Source of the DNA: a virus
Lineage: Duplodnaviria; Caudoviricetes
IMG/VR virus record: IMGVR_UViG_3300032092_000104
Span: 1-37,625 of that record
DNA length: 37,625 bases
Direction: 5' to 3' (one strand)
A model generated the notes under the pieces. The model was not told where the DNA came from, did not search any database, and was given only the letters and a program-made list of their open reading frames with translations. The stretch's first letter is position 1, and each line of letters opens with the position of its first letter. This document shows positions 27,217-35,459 of this stretch, one piece after another. Both the position numbers and the translations under genes were made by a program.

Positions 27217-27438
27217 TCACTTCGCAGCCCTCCACTTGCGCTTGTTCTTCGCTGCGTACTGAGCCGGCGGAGAGAGCTTGGCGCGCTTGGGCTTGGGCTC
27301 GACTTTCCCGGTGTCGGTGGCCTTGAATGAGCCGCCTATGGGGATGCCACGCCGAACTAGTGTGGGGGCTTTAGCCATGGTCCTCTCCACTGCCTTGTCG
27401 AATGCGAGTGCGATTTGGATCGCAGGGGCGGGGATCAT
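27217..27438 (-). CDS. Basic hypothetical protein
   Basis: ATGA-coupled to the methyltransferase. Confidence 0.55.
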   Translation of the reverse strand: MIPAPAIQIALAFDKAVERTMAKAPTLVRRGIPIGGSFKATDTGKVEPKPKRAKLSPPAQYAAKNKRKWRAAK

Positions 27439-28112
27439 TCTGCGGCCTCCAGGCCAAGGCCAAGCTGCTCGGCTTTCGGGGCTGGCGGGGAGACGAAAAA
27501 ATCAGGCTGAGCGTAGGCGGCTTCGATACGACGGCAAGCAATCGTGAAATAACGCTCTTCAATTTCAATACCGATGAACTTGCGGCCTAGCTTGACGCAG
27601 GCAACGCCAGTGGTGCCAGAGCCCATGAAAGGATCTAGGATGGTGTAGCTAGGTTCTGGTAGCCGCTCAATGCACCACTGCATTAATTCGAGTGGCTTTT
27701 GCGTCGGATGCCCGAAACGCATCTCTTTCTTCTTCTGATAAGGACCTGACCACAACCATCGGAACACGCGGACGGCTCCGGCCAGATTCGTCCACGCCAA
27801 CTCGCAATCCGCAAACGTTGTTGGATCGTTTTGCTTGTCCCACACGATCCAATTACTTGACGGCGGCACATTGAAGTAATTCCCGCCCCAGATAATCGAC
27901 GGGACATCTAGCCCCAGAACCGGGGCAACGTCGGCTGGGGCTTTGTCCCAGTCTGCTTGCTCGTAAACTGCTTTGCCGATTTTTCCACCGTCCATGCCAA
28001 TCCCATAAGGCGGATCAGTCACAACGGCATCGACCTTGCCGAGCGTCGGCAGGATTTCCCTGCAGTCGCCCAGGTACAGCGTGCAATCGCCGATGATCTC
28101 AAGCCGGCTCAC
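27435..28112 (-). CDS. DNA N6-adenine/N4-cytosine methyltransferase (beta class), orphan
   Basis: VTDPPYG precedes HPTQKP and ILDPFMGSGTTG. Confidence 0.93.
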   Translation of the reverse strand: MSRLEIIGDCTLYLGDCREILPTLGKVDAVVTDPPYGIGMDGGKIGKAVYEQADWDKAPADVAPVLGLDVPSIIWGGNYFNVPPSSNWIVWDKQNDPTTFADCELAWTNLAGAVRVFRWLWSGPYQKKKEMRFGHPTQKPLELMQWCIERLPEPSYTILDPFMGSGTTGVACVKLGRKFIGIEIEERYFTIACRRIEAAYAQPDFFVSPPAPKAEQLGLGLEAAE

Positions 28113-28251
28113 CGTCGCCCTCCCAGATCATCAGAATTGAGTAGTGGCCATGGTGACGCTGCATGTCTGAATGCTTGCGCCAGCCCTTGGCCTCGAATGC
28201 CGGAACGTCTTCGTGGGTCACGTAGCGGAGGTAGACTGTTGCAGGGATCAT
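28099..28251 (-). CDS. Hypothetical protein (50 aa, MIPATVYLRYV...)
   Basis: Translated by hand; ATGA overlap with the upstream gene; fills the gap. Confidence 0.55.
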   Translation of the reverse strand: MIPATVYLRYVTHEDVPAFEAKGWRKHSDMQRHHGHYSILMIWEGDGEPA

Positions 28252-28463
28252 AATTTGCCCTCGGCTTCGAGATGATCCGCGATCCGTTCTAAAGCGCCAG
28301 CAATGGCATAAAGAGCGCTGGTAATATCGTTTTCGCGCGTGATGAAATCCTTGCCGGCCATCGCCATTGCCAAGCCTTCAAGGCCAGACGGCCCGCTTAG
28401 TTCTCCGCCGCCGATGAACCGCAGTGCGTCGATCAGCTTCTCTCTAAATTCTTTGTCGGTCAT
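28248..28463 (-). CDS. Hypothetical protein
   Basis: Coupled ORF in the early right operon. Confidence 0.6.
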   Translation of the reverse strand: MTDKEFREKLIDALRFIGGGELSGPSGLEGLAMAMAGKDFITRENDITSALYAIAGALERIADHLEAEGKL

Positions 28464-28609
28464 TGCCTTCCCCCTGCAACCGCCTTGCGGATCTGCTTCA
28501 CGATGCGAGCCCGTCGAGATTTCATGGACCGCTTTGATCTGCGCTTGCGAGGGCGGTACGCCTTGAGCAGGGTAAGCTCCCGGGCGAGGTCGAGTGGAGT
28601 AGGGGTCAT
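28460..28609 (-). CDS. Arg/Lys-rich hypothetical protein (49 aa)
   Basis: Translated by hand; ATGA overlaps at both ends. Confidence 0.55.
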   Translation of the reverse strand: MTPTPLDLARELTLLKAYRPRKRRSKRSMKSRRARIVKQIRKAVAGGRQ

Positions 28610-29346
28610 GCCGCCTCCCCGCGCTTGCGCTTCTCGAGCGCGGGCCGACCGTCGACGCTGGGCAACGGTGAATTGTCAGATGGCCACCTAGACGCGGTCA
28701 CCATCTGCCGAGCCTCTTGAGCCGCTAGAACGAGGTCGCGACGGTCGTTGTCGGTCAGCCACGCGACCCAATGGCCCCAGGAGCTATCGGCAGGCGTGAT
28801 GACAAATTGGGGGAGGTGCTTTTTTGGCGCGGGAGTGCGAGCGCCTTCGCTCGCGCGCACGTCCGCGCTAAGGTTATCTATGGTTAAATAAGGGTTTCTA
28901 TTATGGGCGACACGTGTGTCGCCCTGGACTACCTGATTTGTCGCCCTGGAAGCCTCAGTTTGTCGCCCTGGAATTTGCCCGGTGGCCAATTTGTCGCCCT
29001 GGGATTTGATAGGCTTTCCGCGCGTCTCGGGGTTGGGCAGAGTACCGCCGTTGTTGATGACGTTTTGCCATTCGAGATACCCCAACAGTTCAATGGCATC
29101 CACGCCCTGATGACCGTCAGCGCCGCGTTGTTTAGAACGCGAAATGTAATCGCCCTCTTCAAGCTGCAAAAGCCAGCGCTGGACGCTGCGCTTTGACGCC
29201 CGCACCTCCTTGGCAAGAACGTCCTGGCTGACGTACATGGTGCCAGTCTGCCAGTTAACATGATGCGCGACGACGATCAGCAGAAGGCGCGGGCCGGGCT
29301 CATCGACCGGCAGCGTCATCGCGTAGTTGATCGCTTGCATGCTCAC
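28606..29346 (-). CDS. Replication initiator with N-terminal winged HTH
   Basis: MSMQAINYA..RLLLIVVA..SQDVLAKEVRASKRSVQRWLLQLEEGDYI; contains an iteron array. Confidence 0.82.
   Translation of the reverse strand: MSMQAINYAMTLPVDEPGPRLLLIVVAHHVNWQTGTMYVSQDVLAKEVRASKRSVQRWLLQLEEGDYISRSKQRGADGHQGVDAIELLGYLEWQNVINNGGTLPNPETRGKPIKSQGDKLATGQIPGRQTEASRATNQVVQGDTRVAHNRNPYLTIDNLSADVRASEGARTPAPKKHLPQFVITPADSSWGHWVAWLTDNDRRDLVLAAQEARQMVTASRWPSDNSPLPSVDGRPALEKRKRGEAA
28869..29003. promoter_or_regulatory. Replication origin: four TGTCGCCCTGG iterons, one inverted partial copy and an AT-rich tract
   Basis: Iterons start at 28917, 28939, 28961 and 28992; inverted GGGCGACA at 28905-28912; AT-rich 28869-28904. 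Confidence 0.8.
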
Positions 29347-29492
29347 GACGCCACCTCGTCATTCCGGCAATGCGCACAAAGATGATTTGGTGCGTCTGGA
29401 ATGGAGATTTCCACGTCGCAGACTGAGCAATACCCCATATCCTCCGGATCGGGTTCGATAATTTCTTTGACTGCTTCGTCGGTATCTGGCAT
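29343..29492 (-). CDS. Small zinc-finger protein (49 aa, CSVC..CAHC)
   Basis: Translated by hand; GAGGA RBS; GTGA overlap with the initiator start. Confidence 0.6.
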   Translation of the reverse strand: MPDTDEAVKEIIEPDPEDMGYCSVCDVEISIPDAPNHLCAHCRNDEVAS

Positions 29493-29555
29493 GATTTCCT
29501 CGCTGTAGTGATTTGAGGCCGGTTTAGCTTGCAGGCGCCGGCCTCTTTTCTTTCG

Positions 29556-29744
29556 CTAATCTTCAAGACACTTGAACTGAGGCAAGGACGGCTCGCGGCC
29601 CTTGCTCTGGAATAGCTGGCGGGCCCGCGTCTCCAGTGACCGGGCCTGCCGGCGTTGGGCGTTGGCCATGCCGCGCGGGCCTTTGGGCGTGCGTTTGGGC
29701 CAGGGCGTGTTGACCGTGGCCTCGAGGTCGCTGATCTCGCTCAT
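29556..29744 (-). CDS. Hypothetical protein
   Basis: ATGA-coupled, GAGG RBS. Confidence 0.55.
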   Translation of the reverse strand: MSEISDLEATVNTPWPKRTPKGPRGMANAQRRQARSLETRARQLFQSKGREPSLPQFKCLED

Positions 29745-29953
29745 TGCAGCCTCGCCGGGTGACCGGGACAAATGATGTGCACCGCGTCGCACTCGCGATG
29801 TCTGATCCACCCCTTAGACTCCAGCCACTCGGCTGTTGCCGCTGCCCATTCGCCCCAAGGCGAGGTGGTCATCGATCGCGGGCAGTGGATTATGAGCATG
29901 TCCGGCTCGGGCTCGGTGTTGCAAACCCGTATCCTGTCAAGTATAATCTTCAT
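29741..29953 (-). CDS. Hypothetical protein
   Basis: AGGAGG RBS; first ORF after the cro leader. Confidence 0.6.
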   Translation of the reverse strand: MKIILDRIRVCNTEPEPDMLIIHCPRSMTTSPWGEWAAATAEWLESKGWIRHRECDAVHIICPGHPARLQ

Positions 29954-30141
29954 CTGTTCGCCGACCTCCTATCGGCGCGTTCAACGGTTGAGCCTCGGCT
30001 ACTACCGACCTCAAACCAGGGGCCTCGGGCTGTTACAGCAGCTCGAGGCTTCATCGTTTTCGGCCCAAAGAGACCGGGCCAAAGCCCGGCCAGTTGGGCA
30101 CAAGGGACGCAGGACGCAACGGATACGGGGACGCTACTCAG

Positions 30142-30366
30142 CTAGGCGGCGACGCGGTCGTTTCCCGCCGTGCTCAGGGAAGGGCGGTACTCGGCCATAA
30201 ACTGACGCAGCCGGTCCGCCGTATCGATGCGGACGGCTGTGCCAGCCCTCATGCGCGAGACCAAAGCGGTGTCGTTCGCGGCGAGGCGTCCAAACCGGCT
30301 GGCGGAGATTCCATGGCGGGTCAGAAACTCTTCGATTTCGGCCAGGAGTTGATCGCGTATCGTCAT
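30142..30366 (-). CDS. cro: Cro-like HTH regulator
   Basis: LLAEIEEFL..HGISASRFGRLAANDTALVSRMRAG..TADRL..FM; divergent from cI across the operators. Confidence 0.85.
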   Translation of the reverse strand: MTIRDQLLAEIEEFLTRHGISASRFGRLAANDTALVSRMRAGTAVRIDTADRLRQFMAEYRPSLSTAGNDRVAA

Positions 30367-30373
30367 GCCAAAC

Positions 30374-30416
30374 GTTGTAGTTGGGAATTCCCAAGCAAGC
30401 AAGTGGGAATTACCGC
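30374..30416 (-). promoter_or_regulatory. pR-like promoter with operators
   Basis: TTGCTT-N17-TACAAC on the minus strand; perfect palindrome TTGGGAATTCCCAA at 30381-30394 in the spacer; variant GTGGGAATTACCGC at 30403-30416. Confidence 0.75.
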
Positions 30417-30451
30417 GCACACACAGGCTTGTGGATTGGGTAAACCACGGA

Positions 30452-31049
30452 ATGGACGCTGCGTGGAAAAAACGGCTTGAGCAGGCTATGGCCGACAGAG
30501 GAATTACCCCTGCCGAGCTGACTCGGCGCGCGGGCGTGAACGCTACGATGGTTCACGACCTCCTGAAGCGGGGGCAAACCCCGTCCATCGCGAATCTGGC
30601 CAAGCTGGCATCAGCACTAGGGGTGCGACTCATTGACTTGTTAGAGCCCTCCGCAAATAATGCGCCTCAACTACAGGTGCTAGGCCGAGTTGGGGGGGGG
30701 CGACATGTGGACCGACACGACCGTTGCGAACGGTCAGGCGATTACGCTGCGTGTGCTAACGCAAGACCTCGTCACTCTTGTAATAGAAACCAATGACTTA
30801 CAGCCGGTCTACCGACGTGGCGATGTCGTTTGCGGGCCTAAGTCTGTCGGGCGCCACGTCGACAATCACATCGGCGACGACTGCATCATCAGGCTGGCGA
30901 CGGGGGAGCAACTTATCCGGACGTTGCACCGCGGCGCGTCGGCGGGCCGCTACACGCTGCGGTCGCTCGATCGAAATGTTGAAGACATTGAAGGCGCTAC
31001 GATTGATTGGGTGGCGCCAATCCAAATGATCCTGCGCGGCCAGACCTGA
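30452..31049 (+). pseudogene. cI: CI-like repressor (XRE HTH + S24-like domain) frameshifted at a G9 run (30692-30700)
   Basis: The HTH frame runs 30452..30796 and the S24-like domain is in the +1 frame ending at 31049. Removing one G gives a continuous 198-aa protein ..VLGRVGGGDMW... Confidence 0.85.
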
Positions 31050-31068
31050 ACGGCTATCCACAGCCGGT

Positions 31069-31120
31069 TTGGGAATTACCAATTTTTTTGCTTGACGATT
31101 TGGGAATTCCCAAGCATTGT
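31069..31120 (+). promoter_or_regulatory. pL-like promoter with operators
   Basis: TTGGGAATTACCAA at 31069-31082; TTGACG(31092)-N17-CATTGT with TTGGGAATTCCCAA at 31100-31113 in the spacer. Confidence 0.78.
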
Positions 31121-31207
31121 CCCTGCATCACCAGCCGCCCGGCTCGTCGCCTCGAGCCCAAGGGAATGGTCCCGGATAGCGGCGGCTGGTGACAGAGGGA
31201 GAGACCG

Positions 31208-31555
31208 ATGTACGTCACCGATTATGAGCTGGAGCTTGCAATGGTCGTCGACGGTTTGATCGTCGGCTATGCCGAGCAACACTGCCGGATCGTAGTGGAC
31301 GAGCACTGCGACCTGATCCGCTTGGACCTGCGCGCTTGGACTTCCAGCGTCATCAAGCCCCCGCCGTCGATCAAGATCAGTCGGGACTCGACCGGGGACA
31401 AAAGCATCATTTTTCAGGAAGCGCGCGAGGCCGTGAAGCGCTGCGCCGACCACATCCGGGAGATTTGCGGGATATCCGACCTGATCGAGGTCGAGCTGCC
31501 CGACTACACCGACCGCAGGTTTCGCCACGCCGGCCGTCAGCGCCGCGTCGCATAG
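31208..31555 (+). CDS. Hypothetical protein, first gene of the early left operon
   Basis: GGGAGAG RBS; directly downstream of pL. Confidence 0.7.
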   Translation: MYVTDYELELAMVVDGLIVGYAEQHCRIVVDEHCDLIRLDLRAWTSSVIKPPPSIKISRDSTGDKSIIFQEAREAVKRCADHIREICGISDLIEVELPDYTDRRFRHAGRQRRVA

Positions 31556-31660
31556 CAGATACGTCCAGCCGTCTCCATCGGGCGTTGCGGGGCGTCCGAG
31601 CGCGAGGCGCGGCCGGGGGCTGGACGTTGCATTCTAACCCGGCCGCGCCATCCCCGATGT
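31556..31660 (+). ncRNA. Structured intergenic RNA with pseudoknot/antisense potential
   Basis: Stems 31576-82/31653-59 and 31606-17/31638-49; loop 31618-27 is complementary to 31561-70. Confidence 0.5.
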
Positions 31661-31670
31661 GAGGGTAATC

Positions 31671-32015
31671 ATGTTGCATCAGTGGGTCGAGTTTGAGCGG
31701 GGAATGTGGGCGGCATTAGATGGCCATCCAATCCCAGCAGACGGCGGGAGGCAATATTGCTGCGGATATGAAGCCGGCCGCGCGATCCTGGCCGAAATGC
31801 AAAAGCGCCGCGAATACGTAATCGATCCGGAGGCTAAAAGTGCCGAACTCAAACGCAAAAACGCCGAACTGCGATCAAAACTCGCAAACCAAGCGAAGCG
31901 CACCCGCCGCGCCGTCAGGGCATACCAATCTGCCCTTCATCATATTCAGCGTTCTGGCGGCAGGTCTGGCCGTTCTGTGGACTCTGGTCCCGATCGCGGC
32001 GAGGTAGCGGCATGA
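31671..32015 (+). CDS. Hypothetical protein
   Basis: GAGGG RBS; coiled-coil C-half. Confidence 0.6.
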   Translation: MLHQWVEFERGMWAALDGHPIPADGGRQYCCGYEAGRAILAEMQKRREYVIDPEAKSAELKRKNAELRSKLANQAKRTRRAVRAYQSALHHIQRSGGRSGRSVDSGPDRGEVAA

Positions 32016-32320
32016 GAGAGACGAAATTCACGCCGGGGCCTTGGCTCGTTGAGCGCCGCGCGACAAAGGAAACCGGCACCCATCACACAATTGGAGTGAT
32101 GCTCAACGAGATGGGCGGCGGCGTTTTCGGCACTCACTCAAGCGGCCGATACATGAGTGTCAGTGGCTGCATCGATGAGCACGACGCCGCCCTGATCGCG
32201 GCAGCGCCGGACCTGTACGAGGCGCTTCGAGACCTGTGCGACAGAGGTGGTCCCGACGATGGTGAATGCGTGATCGAAAAGGGCCTTGCCGCCCTCAAGA
32301 AGGCCCGAGGTGAAACATGA
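32012..32320 (+). CDS. Conserved phage protein (FTPGPW..LIAAAPDLYEAL family)
   Basis: TPGPW and AALIAAAPDLYEAL motifs common in temperate phage early genes. Confidence 0.75.
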   Translation: MRETKFTPGPWLVERRATKETGTHHTIGVMLNEMGGGVFGTHSSGRYMSVSGCIDEHDAALIAAAPDLYEALRDLCDRGGPDDGECVIEKGLAALKKARGET

Positions 32321-32421
32321 CCACGTGGCAGATCATCGGGCTCTATCTCATCGTCGCTGGCCTCGCTCTGGTGGCGGCGCGCACCGGCTTTGCAGTGACG
32401 AAGAAGGGACAACCAGAATGA
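32317..32421 (+). CDS. Small membrane peptide (34 aa)
   Basis: MTTWQIIGLYLIVAGLALVAAR..; ATGA overlaps at both ends. Confidence 0.55.
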   Translation: MTTWQIIGLYLIVAGLALVAARTGFAVTKKGQPE

Positions 32422-32624
32422 AGATGACCCAGGAATTTTTCGACGAACTGCGAAAGCGCATGAGCGCGCCCGGCAGGATCGAAACGGTCGTGCGCATCGC
32501 CCCGCCGGTCCCGAACGCCACGGCCATTGAGGCCCTGCGCCTCATGCGGGACACGACACAGAGCCGAGACCAATACGCCCGCGCCGTGGAAGCGCTCAAA
32601 CAGATGGGGGTCAGCGATGAGTGA
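32418..32624 (+). CDS. Hypothetical protein
   Basis: Coupled ORF. Confidence 0.55.
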   Translation: MKMTQEFFDELRKRMSAPGRIETVVRIAPPVPNATAIEALRLMRDTTQSRDQYARAVEALKQMGVSDE

Positions 32625-33402
32625 GGTGGCTAAAATCACGCCTGCTGAAGTGCAAGCGCCAGCGCCAGCCCAGCAGGACGGCACCGGAGCGCTGATCAGC
32701 ATGATCGAGCGCGCGGCCCGTGATCCATCGGTTGATATCGACAAGATGGAGCGGCTCTATCAGATGCACATCGCTGCCGAGGCGCGACGGGCAAAGGTAT
32801 TCTATCTCGCCGCGTTGGCTGACATGCAGCCGGAGCTGCCAGTTGTCGACAAGCGCGGCGAGATCGACCGTAGCAAACGCGACGACAAGGGCCAGAGGCA
32901 GGCTGCAAAAGCGACCAAGTATGCCAAGTGGGAAGACGTTGTCGAAGCGATCACACCGATCCTGGCTAAGCACGGCTTCGCCTTGTCGTTTCGTATCAAG
33001 CAGGAGGCGCGCGTCGAAGTGGCGGCCGTTCTTGGCCACAAGGCCGGCCATTGCGAGGAGACCTCGATGTCTCTGCCGATCGACGACAGCGGCGCCAAGA
33101 ACAACATGCAAGGCTGGGGCTCGAGCGTCAGCTACGGCAAGCGATACACGGCGTTCGCACTGCTGAACATTGTGGCTCGCGGCGAGGACGACGACGGCCA
33201 AGCCGGCGGCGAAAAACCGGCGACAGCCACGCTCGACGAAATCGAAAAGCTGATCGCCGATACCGGCGTCAAGAAAGTCGACGTTCTCGCGCATTACTCG
33301 GTCGAGGCACTTGACGATCTGACCGGCAAGCAGCGGGACGAGATCAAGACAAGGCTCACGGCAAAGCTCGCACACGTGAGGAAGGCCAATGCGCGTGGTT
33401 GA
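32617..33402 (+). CDS. erf: ERF-family ssDNA annealing protein
   Basis: KYAKWEDV..PILAKHG, QGWGSSVSYGKRY, GEDDDG. Confidence 0.9.
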   Translation: MSEVAKITPAEVQAPAPAQQDGTGALISMIERAARDPSVDIDKMERLYQMHIAAEARRAKVFYLAALADMQPELPVVDKRGEIDRSKRDDKGQRQAAKATKYAKWEDVVEAITPILAKHGFALSFRIKQEARVEVAAVLGHKAGHCEETSMSLPIDDSGAKNNMQGWGSSVSYGKRYTAFALLNIVARGEDDDGQAGGEKPATATLDEIEKLIADTGVKKVDVLAHYSVEALDDLTGKQRDEIKTRLTAKLAHVRKANARG

Positions 33403-34033
33403 TGTCGAGCAAGGCTCGGAGGAATGGAAGCTCGCGCGGCTTGGCAAGGTCGGCGCGTCGATGGTGGCCGATGCCACGGCACGCACGAAAACCGGCTGGG
33501 GGGCGTCCAGGGCCAATCTGGCGGCCCGTCTTGTCGCAGAACGGCTGACCGGCGCGTTTCAGGATTCGTTCGTCAACGACGCGATGCGCTGGGGAACTGA
33601 GAGGGAGCCGGAAGCGCGCTCGTTCTATGAGTTCGTGCACGGGACGAAGGTCGATCAAGTCGGGCTTGTTCTCCACCCTAAGATTGACATGGCCGTGGCC
33701 TCGCCGGATGGCCTGATCGGTGCCGATGGCCTGCTCGAGATCAAATGTCCGAACACGGCCACGCACATCGAGACGTTGCGCGGGATGCAGCCCGATCCGC
33801 GCTATCTTAAACAGATGCAATGGCAGATGGCCTGCACCGGCCGGCAGTGGGTCGATTGGGTGTCCTATGATCCACGCATGCCCGCCGAGATGCAGATGTT
33901 CGTGGCGCGCGTGAAGCGCGACGACGAGATGATCGACGAGCTCGAGGCGCAGATCGCGACGTTCCTACGCGAGGTCGAGCAGACTTGCGCCGAGCTTGTC
34001 GCCCGGTATCGGCAGCCTTTAGCAGCGGAGTAA
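33389..34033 (+). CDS. YqaJ/lambda-type exonuclease
   Basis: QGSEEW..R.G..GAS, MRWG..EP.AR, ASPDG, LEIKCP and QMQWQM. Confidence 0.93.
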   Translation: MRVVDVEQGSEEWKLARLGKVGASMVADATARTKTGWGASRANLAARLVAERLTGAFQDSFVNDAMRWGTEREPEARSFYEFVHGTKVDQVGLVLHPKIDMAVASPDGLIGADGLLEIKCPNTATHIETLRGMQPDPRYLKQMQWQMACTGRQWVDWVSYDPRMPAEMQMFVARVKRDDEMIDELEAQIATFLREVEQTCAELVARYRQPLAAE

Positions 34034-34038
34034 TCGTC

Positions 34039-34287
34039 ATGGAACGCTCGTGGTCCAACCTGCACATGATCCGGTTGTGGTCTCGGCAAGGTCTTCCCGC
34101 CGCCGTCGTCATGCACCGCTGCTGCGAGCACATGGGCTGGCAGGGGCCACACCCGACGCTGCGAGAGATCATATTCGAAATGGACCGATTCAAGAATCCA
34201 GGGCCGGCGCGTGAGGCATCGCGAGCTGCGGGGGTAGCGACGGTGGGGAGCGCCGGCCCTGGTGCTGATCGGAGGGCTGAGACATGA
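34039..34287 (+). CDS. Hypothetical protein
   Basis: GGAG RBS; fills the gap. Confidence 0.5.
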   Translation: MERSWSNLHMIRLWSRQGLPAAVVMHRCCEHMGWQGPHPTLREIIFEMDRFKNPGPAREASRAAGVATVGSAGPGADRRAET

Positions 34288-34664
34288 CCATCTCCGAGCG
34301 CGCGCGCGCATCTGTGAGCGAGATGCCGGCGAGAGAGCAGGACATCGCCGAGCGGTTTCGTCTTGTAGCTGAAGAATGGGCCGACGCCGACGCGGCGTTC
34401 TACATGCTTGACAGCACGACCACATCGATACGCGCCGAGATCGAGTTGAAGCACATCGATGCCGGCGTGCCGGCGTCAAAGGCGGAGAAGGTTGCAAAGG
34501 TCTCGCCCGAGTATCGCGAGCACGTGCAGAAGGCATCAGACGCCAAGCGAAACGCGAACGTGCTCAGGGCCAGAATGGATTACCTACGCATGCGCGAGCG
34601 GCGACAGGATCGGCGCGAGTGGCAGGCGATGAGTGAGCGCAAAATGGCGAGGTCATCGACATGA
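34284..34664 (+). CDS. Helical hypothetical protein in the recombination module
   Basis: Coupled ORF; KAEKVAKVSPEY helical pattern. Confidence 0.65.
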   Translation: MTISERARASVSEMPAREQDIAERFRLVAEEWADADAAFYMLDSTTTSIRAEIELKHIDAGVPASKAEKVAKVSPEYREHVQKASDAKRNANVLRARMDYLRMRERRQDRREWQAMSERKMARSST

Positions 34665-34903
34665 GCAAAGTAGCCGACGTAAAAATCGATTGGGACGATA
34701 TCGACTGGCACAATACCCACACGGAAGCGACCCTTGGCATATATCACCTCGGGATTTGCGATCACGAATTGGGACAGTGCGTTGCGTTATCGATCGCACT
34801 TGACGACGACGAAGACAGCCCAGAGCCGCAGATCATCCTTTTGAATGAGGATGCGATCGACGAGTTGATGAAATATCTGCGGCAGACGGCCAAATCGCTA
34901 TGA
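34661..34903 (+). CDS. Acidic hypothetical protein
   Basis: ATGA overlaps; lower GC. Confidence 0.6.
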   Translation: MSKVADVKIDWDDIDWHNTHTEATLGIYHLGICDHELGQCVALSIALDDDEDSPEPQIILLNEDAIDELMKYLRQTAKSL

Positions 34904-35223
34904 CTCGACAAGAATTTACGAAGCAAACCAAGATCGCGGCGCATCAGCGCTCCAAGGGCATCTGCGAATGCGGCTGCGGTCTCAAAATAATTGGGCTGGT
35001 CGAATATCATCACATTGTCGCGGCATCCCTTGGCGGATCGAACGACCTCGATAATTGCATGGTGATGTCGAAGAAATGCCACCGCCGGTTGACCGAGGAA
35101 AAGGACATTCCAGAACTGGCAAAGTCGCAGCGCATTTTCGAGAAGCGTATCGGTGTGAGAAAGAAGCGTCCATTTCCGACCCGTCCAAAGTCCCAGCAAT
35201 GGGGCCGACAATTCAACGAGTAG
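34900..35223 (+). CDS. HNH endonuclease-like protein
   Basis: CECGCG..EYHHI...LGGSNDLDNC....CH. Confidence 0.85.
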   Translation: MTRQEFTKQTKIAAHQRSKGICECGCGLKIIGLVEYHHIVAASLGGSNDLDNCMVMSKKCHRRLTEEKDIPELAKSQRIFEKRIGVRKKRPFPTRPKSQQWGRQFNE

Positions 35224-35234
35224 CGGGGTACGTC

Positions 35235-35459
35235 ATGAGTTGGCTCTGGATCTATGCGGCACTGACTATCGGGTTCGTGCTGGGTGCAATCGTGATGGCT
35301 ATTTTCGCCGCCCGGTCGGTCAACGAGGCGCAGGAACGGGCATGGGATGCCCAGATAGAGCGCGACGAAAAAGCAGGCCGGCTCGATTGGCTAGTGAAAG
35401 AAGCAGAGGCAGAGCACGCGGCCGGCCAGACGCGCGTGTTGAGGGGAGGCGCAGAATGA
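35235..35459 (+). CDS. Membrane-anchored hypothetical protein
   Basis: N-terminal TM followed by WDAQIERD..AGRLDWL. Confidence 0.6.
   Translation: MSWLWIYAALTIGFVLGAIVMAIFAARSVNEAQERAWDAQIERDEKAGRLDWLVKEAEAEHAAGQTRVLRGGAE

Noticed and set aside
28905-29003. CRISPR-like array
   Set aside because: The repeats are 11-14 nt with 8-20 nt gaps inside a coding gene and there are no cas genes; they fit iterons.
29300-29566. 88-aa ORF from the track
   Set aside because: An alternative frame (29343..29492) has an RBS, a CxxC..CxxC motif and a clean overlap with the initiator, so it is preferred.
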